Below, piece after piece: positions 1 to 9,885 of a stretch of 64,000 nt of DNA. The DNA is from Promethearchaeota archaeon (GTDB taxonomy: Archaea > Asgardarchaeota > Lokiarchaeia > Sigyniarchaeales > SOKP01). The stretch covers positions 192,001 to 256,000 of the forward strand of contig JAUVNS010000006.1 of NCBI GenBank assembly GCA_030599585.1, written 5' to 3'. Positions within the stretch are counted from its first letter, which is position 1. Every line of letters starts with the position of its first letter. A model generated the notes under the pieces. The model was not told where the DNA came from and did not search any database. It saw nothing but the letters and a program-made list of their open reading frames with translations. Made by a program: the position numbers and the translations under genes.

Positions 1-1051
1 TAATTTTACTCCCCATTTCGTTCAGAATAAGAAATCCAATAAAGAGCTCCATGAAAAAGAATAAGTCTGTAGCTTCAACAAACATGAAAGACGCACATAA
101 TAAAACAAACACACCATAGCTAAGTTGCTTTATCATTTGATTTTTTCTTGTTTTGCCTATTATCCAAAGTAAATAAATACCGGTTGTTAACAGTCCTACG
201 CTAATAATTGCCCAATTTAAAAGGATAAGGTTTGATCCTATATACGTAAATCCTAATACATATATTAATGTCCAGGCAAAAATATCCGAAGATCGAATAG
301 AATGCTCTTCGGTTTCAATAGTAAAACCGGAGTCTACGAAACCCAATATAATGATAACTCCAACAAGAATAAAAATAAGAGGTAGTTTTCTTTTAATTCC
401 TTTTATGTTGATTCTTTCCCTAAACATAAAGGGAAGAATGAAAATAAGAGGACAAAGAACTACAACGGACAAAACTTGTCCAATTTCGAAGAGTATTGAG
501 TGAAATTCAGGCGGAATATTAAATACTGAGTTTAATGTAAAAAATAATTCGTGAATTAACGCAAAATCAAAGATAACAACAATCAATATCAAAATTGAAT
601 TACTAATTATTGAAACTTTCAAGTTATCACCACTAATCTCTTTTGATTTTATCTTTTGAATAGTGAGAAGATTAATTATAAAACCACTTATCAAAAACCC
701 AATAAATTGAAATAATAATGGAAATGATATTGGAAATGCTAGATTAATATAATAAAAAAGATAGCTTGTGGAAAAAAAGAAGAGTTCAAAGCCCAATAAA
801 ATTTTATAAAAAAAATCGAATCGTTTTTTGTATAAAAAAAATCCCAACATTATGAAATTTAATAATACCATCATTATACGGGCTATTGCTCCTAGTACAT
901 TTATAGCATAATAAAGATTTCCCAAGGAGAATGCCGTACCTACTCTATAAAATAATCTATCGATTAACACTTCGATTGTAATAGTTAATAAAAACACTTT
1001 TTGAATTTGATAAAACAAAGTTTTAGATTCGTTTGAGCTTTCTTGTTTCAT
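1..1051 (-). CDS. Polytopic membrane protein, hypothetical; 3' end runs off the window
   Basis: Not in the ORF track. ATG at 1051 reads MKQESSNESKTLFYQIQKVFLLTITIEVLIDRLFYRVGTAFSLGNLYYAINVLGAIARIMMVLL..., with many hydrophobic stretches. I translated the 5' part by hand; the frame appears to stay open to the edge. Confidence 0.75.
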   Translation of the reverse strand, partial: MKQESSNESKTLFYQIQKVFLLTITIEVLIDRLFYRVGTAFSLGNLYYAINVLGAIARIMMVLLNFIMLGFFLYKKRFDFFYKILLGFELFFFSTSYLFYYINLAFPISFPLLFQFIGFLISGFIINLLTIQKIKSKEISGDNLKVSIISNSILILIVVIFDFALIHELFFTLNSVFNIPPEFHSILFEIGQVLSVVVLCPLIFILPFMFRERINIKGIKRKLPLIFILVGVIIILGFVDSGFTIETEEHSIRSSDIFAWTLIYVLGFTYIGSNLILLNWAIISVGLLTTGIYLLWIIGKTRKNQMIKQLSYGVFVLLCASFMFVEATDLFFFMELFIGFLILNEMGSKI

Positions 1052-1131
1052 GAACTGATACCCTACTTATATTTTTATTCGTGTTGTACTTCTAAATTAA
1101 AAAAAAAAAAAAATTTTATTTCTATAATTTA

Positions 1132-2316
1132 TTACCTTTTACGTTTGACAACGCGTACGATAATTCCGATTGTTACTATCGATGCCATTCCTAACATAAT
1201 TACCGAAAACCCATCAATAAATGGAGGTTCTGTTGTAGGTGCCGTACTTAAATACAAAGTCTTCCATGCTGCCGTAATGTACTTAAATTCGTGGTCGTGG
1301 TCGTAATTTCCATCGTAAATTGAGAGGGCAAACTTTATTGTATCTCCAAGCGACATAGCCTTATCAATAACTGCGTTACTCACTGCTAAATCTCGTTCTA
1401 CCTCTAGACTCCAGCCAGCGCCATCGTGATTGGCTTTAGCTTCAATAAAGTATCGTTCTTCAGAACTAAGTGGTGATGGAAAGATTCCGAAAGCAGTATA
1501 TTCACTATCGCCAGATCTCTTTCGCGATTCTGTATCTAAATACTCGTTTTCAGCAAAAGAGAAATCATGTGAGATGACAGTTGCTGCTATAGCGCTGGTG
1601 TTCGTGCTAACAGACCATCTATATTTTCCTGTCGCATTAGCGACATAGTAGACTTGATCTCCTACAACACCACCCATATCTGAAAGGTCCCATATATCCC
1701 AATTAGAGCCTGTATAGTTTTCTTGATAGTAAATCGCTGTATGGGCTGCAACTGGAAGACCGTTGTAAGTTCCTGCACTATCTCCAGTATTAAAAGCAAC
1801 TCCATGTCGTGGAACAACTATGTGTTTTTCGCCTTCAGAATCTGTTCTTGCCGCTTTCCAATGCCAATGATCAGCCGTACCACTTGTTGTAGCGCCATTA
1901 GTCGATGTATTCATGCACGGAGCATCCATATCGTTTAAACCCTCTATAAGGATCATTGCAGATAAACGATCTTCATGACCTTCGATAGTATTATTCTCTG
2001 TTGGATCAGTCCAATTGAAAAAAAGTCTTATTTTAGTATCAGTGACAACAGCTTTCATTGTTACAATACGTTGGTTTACTGGCATTACTGTAGCACTTGG
2101 AGTAGCTGTCAATGAAAATGTCTGACTCGTTGCAGTTGACCAAAATGCTTCATTATCGAGACCATCAACAGTAATATCACCAGATACATAAGGTGCTGTG
2201 ATATTAGGTGATTGTGCTCCGACAAGAGCGGCATTTGAGACAAATAGAATCGTAGATATTCCGAATATCGCTAACAAGATTATACTAAATCTTTTATTTT
2301 TCATTTTCTTCAACAA
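1132..2316 (-). CDS. Exported DOMON-like heme-binding protein (ethylbenzene dehydrogenase gamma-subunit / EB_dh family) with a Loki-CTERM-like C-terminal anchor
   Basis: Signal peptide; family motifs ITVDGxxxExxW, MKAV...FNWTDPT, EDRLS, PCM, DHWHWKAART, W-S-LEVERDL and YDG...FKY; C-terminal IDGF + TM helix + basic tail (KRKR). Confidence 0.8.
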   Translation of the reverse strand: MLKKMKNKRFSIILLAIFGISTILFVSNAALVGAQSPNITAPYVSGDITVDGLDNEAFWSTATSQTFSLTATPSATVMPVNQRIVTMKAVVTDTKIRLFFNWTDPTENNTIEGHEDRLSAMILIEGLNDMDAPCMNTSTNGATTSGTADHWHWKAARTDSEGEKHIVVPRHGVAFNTGDSAGTYNGLPVAAHTAIYYQENYTGSNWDIWDLSDMGGVVGDQVYYVANATGKYRWSVSTNTSAIAATVISHDFSFAENEYLDTESRKRSGDSEYTAFGIFPSPLSSEERYFIEAKANHDGAGWSLEVERDLAVSNAVIDKAMSLGDTIKFALSIYDGNYDHDHEFKYITAAWKTLYLSTAPTTEPPFIDGFSVIMLGMASIVTIGIIVRVVKRKR

Positions 2317-2477
2317 AAATTTTTTTTAGTTTAAAATTTCTTAATTTAGAAGTTATAAAAGGAAAATATTTCCCTTTTATTTTGAAAATCATGAACAATA
2401 TTTAAGATTTTGTCTTTTGGGTAATTTTAAACTGCCAGATCGTTTCAAAGTTCAATTTTAAGCAATATTTTAATATT

Positions 2478-2494
2478 AGTTTCAATTTTAAACT
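2478..2494. promoter_or_regulatory. Imperfect palindrome AGTTT-N7-AAACT, putative operator upstream of the EB_dh gene
   Basis: agtttcaattttaaact; exact reverse complement of 3011-3027. Confidence 0.45.
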
Positions 2495-2606
2495 TACGAA
2501 TTATAGAATATATGGTTCACCACTAGTTTTATTATTCATATGTTCCTAAAAAAAGCACGAATTCAAAAACCAGCTTGATTTTTTAAAAAAAAAAGTTAAG
2601 GTATTC

Positions 2607-2864
2607 TCACACTGTTATTTCGAAAATGCTCACGCGCTTATCAATTATATCCTTGGATTTTTTAATAAAATTTTTCTCTTGGAGCTTCTTAAGAGCGTAG
2701 GCGGTTGTTCGTTTTGGAAGAAGTGTTTTTTCTATAATTTCTTGCTGTTTCAGAGGACCTCTTTGTTTCAAAAGATATAAAATAAATTTACTTGAGGGAG
2801 ATAATGAAAACAAATTGGTTCTTTGTTCGTAATCTCCGATGAAGTATTTGTCCTCTACAATCAT
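2607..2864 (-). CDS. Small winged-helix (MarR-like) transcriptional regulator
   Basis: LSPSSKFILYLLKQRGPLKQQEIIEKTLLPKRTTAYALKKLQEKNFI...DKR matches a wHTH with the MarR-type DxR wing. Confidence 0.8.
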   Translation of the reverse strand: MIVEDKYFIGDYEQRTNLFSLSPSSKFILYLLKQRGPLKQQEIIEKTLLPKRTTAYALKKLQEKNFIKKSKDIIDKRVSIFEITV

Positions 2865-3010
2865 GAAACCATCTAGATTAAAATTATTTGAATGTTTATT
2901 ATTTTGTTCAATTTATAATAAAGATTATGTATATTTAAGATTATGGCTAATTGATTAATAAGTTTTTCTAATTTAGCCCGTGTTTCAAATAGCTACAATT
3001 TTGAAAAAAA

Positions 3011-3027
3011 AGTTTAAAATTGAAACT
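3011..3027. promoter_or_regulatory. Imperfect palindrome AGTTT-N7-AAACT upstream of the wHTH gene
   Basis: agtttaaaattgaaact, ~150 nt upstream of the start at 2864. Confidence 0.45.
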
Positions 3028-3540
3028 TTTCAATTCTTCAAAATATTGATGAAAAAGAGAGTTATAGCACAATTAACAACATATTTAGCATGATCGAGTA
3101 CAATTCACCTAATAATAGTTTCTTACTGTCAAATTTTAAGTGTTTTTATTGTTTCTAGTAATATAATAGATTGAAATAAATTATTTGGTCCAGATTAAAG
3201 TGCGCATAAATCTTTTAGAACCGAATTTCCTTTCTTATCAGGTTAGAACTTTTCCTTAGTTTGGGAAAATCCGAGAGATTTATTATTTTTTTAATAAAAC
3301 AACAATTATGCAAAACTTGCACATATCTTTATAATGCTCCGTAATGTTTTCATTCTTCATAAAAGGAGAATATTAATTCAAATTAATCTTGAACTTCGCC
3401 CTTAGCATTATATTTTAAAAAAAACTAACTTCTTGCGATTACTTTTTATTTGAATTTAATTCTCCTTTACTCCTTTCTTATTCTGTTAATAGAAAGCTAA
3501 AAAAGTTAAAAATAGAATTTTAAACCATTGAAAATAATTA

Positions 3541-4920
3541 TTATTGGTAAAATTCACAATCGTTTAGGAGTTGGGATATGTCCATTACTTTTAGTGGGGA
3601 ATTATCTTCATTTGCTACTTGGAATAAGTTATTCTTACAAAATACGCATGAGCTCACTAAAACTTCGGCATTTGTTTCAACTGCTTCTTTCAATCTATCC
3701 TCACGAATTCTAATCATACAAGTACGAGTCTCAGCTATTCTATCTCTTCCTACCTCACCAGCAATGTCTCCATATAGCGCTTTAACTCCGCCCCCCGCCC
3801 CACAACACCAGGACATATCTCTATTATGTTTCATTTCGTATAATTTAACGCCTTCAATCATATTTATTAATTCTCTCGGTTCCTCAAACACGCCACAATA
3901 TCTCCCTAAATGGCACGGATCGTGATAAGTTATCAATAAGGGATTTTCTTTTGTTCGCTTGGTATATCTTATTTTAAGGTTTTTTTCCTTTACCTTTTTT
4001 AACACAAATTGAGTTAGATGGAAAATATCAAATCCTAGATTTCCACCAGCAAACTTAGAATATTCTAAAGTGAAAGTAGAAAAACAACCCGAGCAAGAAA
4101 AGACAACTTCAGAAACACCGCTTTCACGAATCATTTTATAATTATGTTTAATGAGCTCAATAGCCTCATCCTCTAAACCTGTGCGAAATAATACAGATCC
4201 GCAGCATCTTTCTTCTGGAAAAACATAAAATTCTATTCCTAGTTTTCCTAATACATCACTTGTAGCATTGACGAGTTCTCTATTTCGATAAGAGGAAGTA
4301 CAACCAATAAAATAGCCAACACTATCACTATTTCGTTTTCCTTTTTTTAAATCCTCAGATGAAAACTTTTCATCTATTAAATCAAGTTCCCGTTTTGTTC
4401 GTTCATAGGCTTGTTTACCAAATTCAGAACTCTCACACCAATTAAATCTATCACTATGATTTTCAAGATAAGGATTATTATTTTTAAGAATTGAATCTCG
4501 CATCCCTTTTAACCTGGCAGGTATAGCACCTCTTTTGACCACTGCTTTACGAAAATTTTGAAACACTTCAAGAGTATCGATTCCTACGGGACAAACAGTT
4601 TTACAATTCCCACAGAGCATACAGCGAAAAACAGAAGGTATTATCTCTTCCTTATCAAACTTAATATCCTTACGATCTAGTGCTTTGATAATTCTATTTC
4701 GCCCACCCGCATAATCAGTTTCTGACCAAGAGGTGTTATAAACTCTGCACACGTGACGACAATACCCACAATGAGTACAACGGTCATAACCGAATTTTTC
4801 TTCTTTTTCCTTTGTTTTTGGTTCAATTAGATTCTCTCTAGAAGGAGAAACTAAACCAGCAACGGGTGGACCTGTTGTAATTACATTTTTAATATCATTT
4901 TTTTCCTTGCCTTCACTCAT
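3541..4920 (-). CDS. Fe-S oxidoreductase, GlcF/GlpC/HdrD family (2x[4Fe-4S] plus two CCG domains)
   Basis: CTHCGYCRHVC and CMLCGNCKTVCP ferredoxin motifs; CCG domains YFIGC...CCG...CSGC and YHDPCHLGR...CCGAGGG...CVFC. Confidence 0.9.
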   Translation of the reverse strand: MSEGKEKNDIKNVITTGPPVAGLVSPSRENLIEPKTKEKEEKFGYDRCTHCGYCRHVCRVYNTSWSETDYAGGRNRIIKALDRKDIKFDKEEIIPSVFRCMLCGNCKTVCPVGIDTLEVFQNFRKAVVKRGAIPARLKGMRDSILKNNNPYLENHSDRFNWCESSEFGKQAYERTKRELDLIDEKFSSEDLKKGKRNSDSVGYFIGCTSSYRNRELVNATSDVLGKLGIEFYVFPEERCCGSVLFRTGLEDEAIELIKHNYKMIRESGVSEVVFSCSGCFSTFTLEYSKFAGGNLGFDIFHLTQFVLKKVKEKNLKIRYTKRTKENPLLITYHDPCHLGRYCGVFEEPRELINMIEGVKLYEMKHNRDMSWCCGAGGGVKALYGDIAGEVGRDRIAETRTCMIRIREDRLKEAVETNAEVLVSSCVFCKNNLFQVANEDNSPLKVMDISQLLNDCEFYQ

Positions 4921-5047
4921 ATTTTTATCCTCGGCTCTTTTTATTATTTACCAACTTTAAAAGATGGTTTCACGTAATTAATTTTAATTGTTATATTTTA
5001 TTTGAGATATAATTTTATGATATTTACTCGGTCTAACAAATATTCAA

Positions 5048-6562
5048 TTATTTTTTAAAAGATATTTTATACAATAATTTTGCTGTCGTAAAAAGTAATG
5101 AAATCCGCCAATGTTTCATTCTAGCTTTAACTAAACGATAGGAGTTAAACATATCTTTGGAGTCTAGCTTATTCTTCAATATTTTTCTATTTTTTACGAC
5201 TTCTCGTCTGTATTTTCGCAGATAAAAGGTATTAACAATCCCTATTGTGTAGAGACTATCTCCTTGTTTGAATGCTTCCTTGGACAAATCGTGCAAGAAT
5301 GCCTTGACGGTAAAAAATTCGATTGGTCTAGTAATATCTGAGAGACCAAATATTTTTACTCGGCTCCATCCCTCTTCCCCAGAAATCGTATAAGTTGCGA
5401 TAGGAAATTTATACTTACTGGCTCTTTTTATATAACTTTCATAAAAGGATAACAACCTTTCATTTGAAATCCAGTATTCTTGAAATATGATATTCCTACT
5501 TGTCCTTCCAATTGCTACTTCTGCATCGCTGATATCGCGCCATTTTTCTTTTAAATAAGAATCATCTATTCTAACACCTTTAAAATTTTGAGCTATTCTA
5601 TCAGACCATGAAACACTTCTAACTGTTTCTTCTGGATCATCATAAAAAACGGCCCAAACTAACCAATCTTGACTTGGAAAATTGATGTGTGCATATTGTT
5701 CAAACTTTCGTTCTGAAATTGAAAGAAAAAATGGTTTATCTTGTGGGTTACTTACTAAGGCTTTATAATAATTAATTGCATCTTCAAGAGAGGTAAAACC
5801 GTAGCCTTCAATTTCTAAAGAAGTTTTTAAATTTGTAAGAGATAACACTACCTCCGAGATAGCGCCGTATATACCATAAGTTCCAGTAATATCATCAAGC
5901 GATATTTCTCCATTCGAATCCTTCGAAATATGTTCGATTTTCCCATTAGGAAGAACTAAAGTTAACGATATTATTGAATCGGCCATTGTGCCATACTTTG
6001 GCACCCCAATTCCCGCTTTCCCAGGAGTTGCTATGAAACCACCAACACAAGAAGTTTTGAAGCTAGTAGGATAAGCTTTAGGTGCAAGTCCGTAATCTGA
6101 AAGGTTTTCCATTAAGTTTAACCATGATATTCCTGCCCCCACTCTGACCGTCATTTTTTCAGTGTCGACATGCTCAACTTTGTTAATGCGACGCATATCG
6201 ATTATCACTCCACCCTTTGCAGGAGTTGCTGAGGAAAAGCAAGATGTACCAGCAGCTCTTATTGTTATAGGTAATGAGAGTTCCCAACACTTCTTGATTA
6301 ATAGAGATAAGCTCTCTGTATCCGCGGGTCTAACAATGATGCTAGCAAGATAATTCTTTTTGAATTTGTAATGATAGGATGGTAAAGATGTAAGGTCAGC
6401 AGATGCTGATTCAAGCTCGTATCTATTAGTGCTTACATGGTATGGGGAAATGAATTCTTTAACTATTTCTTCGAAATTACGCTTTTTTCCCCTCTTCTTT
6501 ACTTTTTCTTGAGTTTGGGTTATCTTCCCGTTTATTTTTTCCTTGACTAATGTCTCATTCAT
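5048..6562 (-). CDS. FAD-binding oxidoreductase (PCMH/VAO fold; GlcD / D-lactate dehydrogenase-like)
   Basis: IVRP...ITIRAAGTS...GGVIIDMRRINKV, VGAGI, SCVGGFIA, KYG, LVLPNGKI, GTYGIYGAI and C-terminal LDSKDMFN. Confidence 0.88.
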   Translation of the reverse strand: MNETLVKEKINGKITQTQEKVKKRGKKRNFEEIVKEFISPYHVSTNRYELESASADLTSLPSYHYKFKKNYLASIIVRPADTESLSLLIKKCWELSLPITIRAAGTSCFSSATPAKGGVIIDMRRINKVEHVDTEKMTVRVGAGISWLNLMENLSDYGLAPKAYPTSFKTSCVGGFIATPGKAGIGVPKYGTMADSIISLTLVLPNGKIEHISKDSNGEISLDDITGTYGIYGAISEVVLSLTNLKTSLEIEGYGFTSLEDAINYYKALVSNPQDKPFFLSISERKFEQYAHINFPSQDWLVWAVFYDDPEETVRSVSWSDRIAQNFKGVRIDDSYLKEKWRDISDAEVAIGRTSRNIIFQEYWISNERLLSFYESYIKRASKYKFPIATYTISGEEGWSRVKIFGLSDITRPIEFFTVKAFLHDLSKEAFKQGDSLYTIGIVNTFYLRKYRREVVKNRKILKNKLDSKDMFNSYRLVKARMKHWRISLLFTTAKLLYKISFKK

Positions 6563-6604
6563 TTTTTTAACACTTCCATTTAAAATTCTTGAATCTCATG
6601 CTTA

Positions 6605-7636
6605 TTACTTACTTTTCATTCTATTCTTACGCAATTTCGCTTCTACATACCACAATAAAACTCCTATTGATACAGGTATGATCAAACTCATTACAATGGG
6701 TAGAATGTTTATTATTAAATCATCTAAAGCTGGGGGAACTATTATAAGACCTAAAATGTATCCTGTCCACCAGCAAGCCAATGTAATATATCCCGTAAGT
6801 TTTGCATATTTACGCTCAGCTGCAATTCCAAACAACATACTAAGAAGCCCAGTAAATAATCCCGTAGCACCTAAAATGATATGGCTTACATGGACCCAAA
6901 AAGGCTCAAACGAAAACCAAATATCTATATTATTTAAATCAAATTGGTTAATCAAAGAAATAGCGTTGATCAGGGTTAATATCCAAGAGGCTCCACTAAA
7001 TATTCCGTGGATTTTCACAAATTTGTTTTCGTTTATTAATACGAGGATGGTTCCAACAGAAAGAAGTATCAAAGCAGACATACCGAGGAGTAATCCAAAG
7101 TGATCAAATATTTCGAACTCGGGTTCAGGTGGGGCAACACCTCCAACACTAAATCCAATTATAATATGAGAAAAAGCAGGTGCTCCACTTGCAGAATTGT
7201 TTCCTGCTAGAATGAAAAGATAGTAAAAACCGTCTGTTTCAGGAATCGTAATATTAAAAGTAATAATCATCGAGTTTGGATTCGAATCTTTATCTTCTCC
7301 AGAGCCATCCAATATTTTATCAGTAGTAGGAAGAATCTTTATATCCTTATTCTGCATTACGGTTGTGGTTTCATTAGGAGCTTGAACAAATAAAAAGGTT
7401 CCGGTAGCAGTTACATTAAAAATAATAACATCTGAAGTGGTTACATTAAAGATAATAGCATCCGAGGGATTTACGGTAGTGCCATTTATATCAGCTGAAA
7501 TTGTATATCCTCCGGGTACTGTATGACATATGTCATGGTCTAATACTTGGTCTGGAGTTGCTGTTCCATTCAGGACCAGTAAAAATATTGGTAGACTAAT
7601 AATTACGATAAATAGTACGAAAATTTTCTTTTTCAT
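6605..7636 (-). CDS. Exported beta-domain with an HxxCH motif, fused to a C-terminal cytochrome-b(561)-like 5-TM domain
   Basis: N-terminal signal/TM; HDICH at aa 34-38 (nt 7523-7537); PPEPE linker; TM helices carry His residues (DHFG, KIHG, VHVSH) placed like b-heme ligands. Confidence 0.6.
   Translation of the reverse strand: MKKKIFVLFIVIISLPIFLLVLNGTATPDQVLDHDICHTVPGGYTISADINGTTVNPSDAIIFNVTTSDVIIFNVTATGTFLFVQAPNETTTVMQNKDIKILPTTDKILDGSGEDKDSNPNSMIITFNITIPETDGFYYLFILAGNNSASGAPAFSHIIIGFSVGGVAPPEPEFEIFDHFGLLLGMSALILLSVGTILVLINENKFVKIHGIFSGASWILTLINAISLINQFDLNNIDIWFSFEPFWVHVSHIILGATGLFTGLLSMLFGIAAERKYAKLTGYITLACWWTGYILGLIIVPPALDDLIINILPIVMSLIIPVSIGVLLWYVEAKLRKNRMKSK
7410..7467. repeat. 30-nt in-frame tandem duplication (SDAIIFNVTT / SDVIIFNVTA)
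   Basis: gttacattaaaaataataacatctga at 7410 and gttacattaaagataatagcatccga at 7440. Confidence 0.7.
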
Positions 7637-7840
7637 TATCCTTACATTGTATTGTGATAATTTTAATTGATGTTATAAAACAATTAAAGGTTTTAATTAA
7701 GAATTATAAGTCAATTTTAAACATTGATGCTAAAATTGCACCTTTTTTCTAAATGCATCCATAAGAGAGAAAGAGTTAGGTTCTTGTTTATAAATTTTTA
7801 TGATAATCTTTTTTAACACTAGTTATTTCATTTTTTTATA

Positions 7841-9553
7841 ATGAAGTTTGATCACTATACACTCAAGAAGATATTTCTTATTGATTTAATAGTGATCCTA
7901 AGTGTTGTTATTGTTATTCCTCTCGTTTTAGATTTATTTGGGTTAAATGTCAAAATATTGGTCATTTCTTTTATAGGGAACCTTCTGATTATTTCAACTA
8001 TCATAATTACGATTTTTGATCTATTTTATCTTTTAAGGCTTAAACGAAACATTTATCTATTATCTTCTTTAAGCATGGCTTTGTCAATTTCTTTATTTTT
8101 CCTCCTTGAATATTGCTTTGTTAACGACTATTTTGATATAATATATGTTTGGAGCTATAATGAAACTACTCTCCCACTTGTATACAAATTTGTGGCAATT
8201 TGGGCTGGCGAAGCAGGTTCTATCATGACTTGGATGGTATTTAATACTATAGTTATTTTCTTCTATAGGCTCAAGAATCAAAATAGAGATGACACCGTCT
8301 TTATAATGTCAACTATAGTCTCAATGCTAATTTCTTCGGTCTTTCTCATAATTTTATTTTTCTATAACCCCTTTCAAACAGAGACCCCAATTATATTTCC
8401 TAACGGGAGAGGATTAAATTCACTTTTAATATCACCATTTATGATATGGCATCCATTATTTACATTTATTGCTTACGCAACTTTCTTAATTCCTTTTACT
8501 ATTTCAATTATTAGATTATTAAAACCAAACTTATCGCTACAAAATCCCTACCAAAAATCTTTTTACGATTTTAGCTTGAAGTTTGGATGGTTAGTTTTGA
8601 CTTTAAGTATTGGATTGGGAGCTTATTGGGCAAAAGTAGCGTTAACATGGGGTAGGTATTGGGGATGGGATCCTGTTGAGACTGTTTCTCTTATCCCATG
8701 GTTCCTTAGTACAGCTTACTTTCATACAATAACTTTTAAAAAGACTAATAGTAAACTAGTAAAAATTAATGGTATAATGATTTTTTTATCAATAATTTTT
8801 TCTACTTTAATAACGCGGGGAGGAGGTTTAACATCATTACATGCCTTTACAGGTGAAAGTAATCTCATTATCTTGACTTTAATAGTTGGTTCCATATTGG
8901 TTGTGTGTTCACTTTATGTGATTTATGAAACACTGAATTCTTTATCTGAAAATTACAAGAAAACAAGACTCTTTTTAGATTATTTAAGTTATTTATGTTT
9001 GGTTATGCTTGCCTTTGTTTGTATATTTGGCCTATTAATTTCTCCTCTTACATATTTCCTCTCTCTTTTTTCTAATATAAATGTCTTATATGTAGGAACG
9101 GACTACTTCATTTTAACAACATTGATTTTAGCTTCCGTATTGGTCATATCATTAGTTTTTTGTTCTTTTTATGGGACATATAAGCTTAAAGTAATAGCTA
9201 TTATATTAGTTATCGGAGTAATAGTACAAACTATACTCTCCTTTGTGTTATTTTCCATTTCCGGTGTCTGGATGAATCCAGTGATTTCTATATTTATTAT
9301 CGCATTACTATCTTCGATTCTGAGACTAATAAAAGATTTTGACATAAATACGGGTTTAAAGCAGTATTTAAGAATAAATTCGAAAACATATGTGCATATT
9401 GGTTTATCGTTAATTTTAATTGGGACGCTAATTAATCCAGGGATTTGGATATTTCAGGATATTTTCTACATTTCGGGGTTTATTTTTTTTATGAGCGGAA
9501 TAATTCCCTCTATTTTTATCTTTTTTTTTCTCAGAAGAAATAAGTTAAAGTGA
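7841..9553 (+). CDS. ccmF: Cytochrome c maturation heme lyase CcmF
   Basis: YKFVAIWAGEAGS, GRGLNSLL...MIWHPL, WWD domain GAYWA...WGRYWGWDPVETVSLIPW...AYFH, ITRGG..SLHAF and a C-terminal YVHIG histidine. Confidence 0.95.
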   Translation: MKFDHYTLKKIFLIDLIVILSVVIVIPLVLDLFGLNVKILVISFIGNLLIISTIIITIFDLFYLLRLKRNIYLLSSLSMALSISLFFLLEYCFVNDYFDIIYVWSYNETTLPLVYKFVAIWAGEAGSIMTWMVFNTIVIFFYRLKNQNRDDTVFIMSTIVSMLISSVFLIILFFYNPFQTETPIIFPNGRGLNSLLISPFMIWHPLFTFIAYATFLIPFTISIIRLLKPNLSLQNPYQKSFYDFSLKFGWLVLTLSIGLGAYWAKVALTWGRYWGWDPVETVSLIPWFLSTAYFHTITFKKTNSKLVKINGIMIFLSIIFSTLITRGGGLTSLHAFTGESNLIILTLIVGSILVVCSLYVIYETLNSLSENYKKTRLFLDYLSYLCLVMLAFVCIFGLLISPLTYFLSLFSNINVLYVGTDYFILTTLILASVLVISLVFCSFYGTYKLKVIAIILVIGVIVQTILSFVLFSISGVWMNPVISIFIIALLSSILRLIKDFDINTGLKQYLRINSKTYVHIGLSLILIGTLINPGIWIFQDIFYISGFIFFMSGIIPSIFIFFFLRRNKLK

Positions 9554-9673
9554 AAATCTATGGAATAGATTAAGAAATGTATCTTTTTAGTAGTTCTCTT
9601 AATTTTAATTTAGATAAATCTCATAATATAATCGTTTGAAATTAATTCAAATTGAAACTCAATTATCGATCAT

Positions 9674-9690
9674 AGTTTAAGAATGAAACT
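9674..9690. promoter_or_regulatory. Third AGTTT-N7-AAACT site, upstream of the stalked HxxCH protein gene
   Basis: agtttaagaatgaaact; a half-matching site (taattcaaattgaaact) lies at 9643-9659. Confidence 0.4.
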
Positions 9691-9885
9691 GTGGCCTATT
9701 TGATTGTTTAAATCAACCCAAATTAATAAAAGTTATAAATTATAACAAATTTTTTCAAATTAAGCAATTTTATAATATATTTGATAAGGTCAAATTCAAA
9801 ATGAACTTTATCAAACTATTAAAAAAATAGAAATACAACTAAAGAGCATTTAAATCTTTAGTTTTTTAGGGAAAAAGGGGTTTTA

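Noticed and set aside
6543-7103. 186-aa plus-strand ORF, and other antisense ORFs such as 3578-3925, 20330-20668, 28983-29504, 43019-43375 and 61474-61839
   Set aside because: They lie wholly or almost wholly opposite well-supported genes and show no motifs; they are shadow ORFs, often from hydrophobic codon bias.
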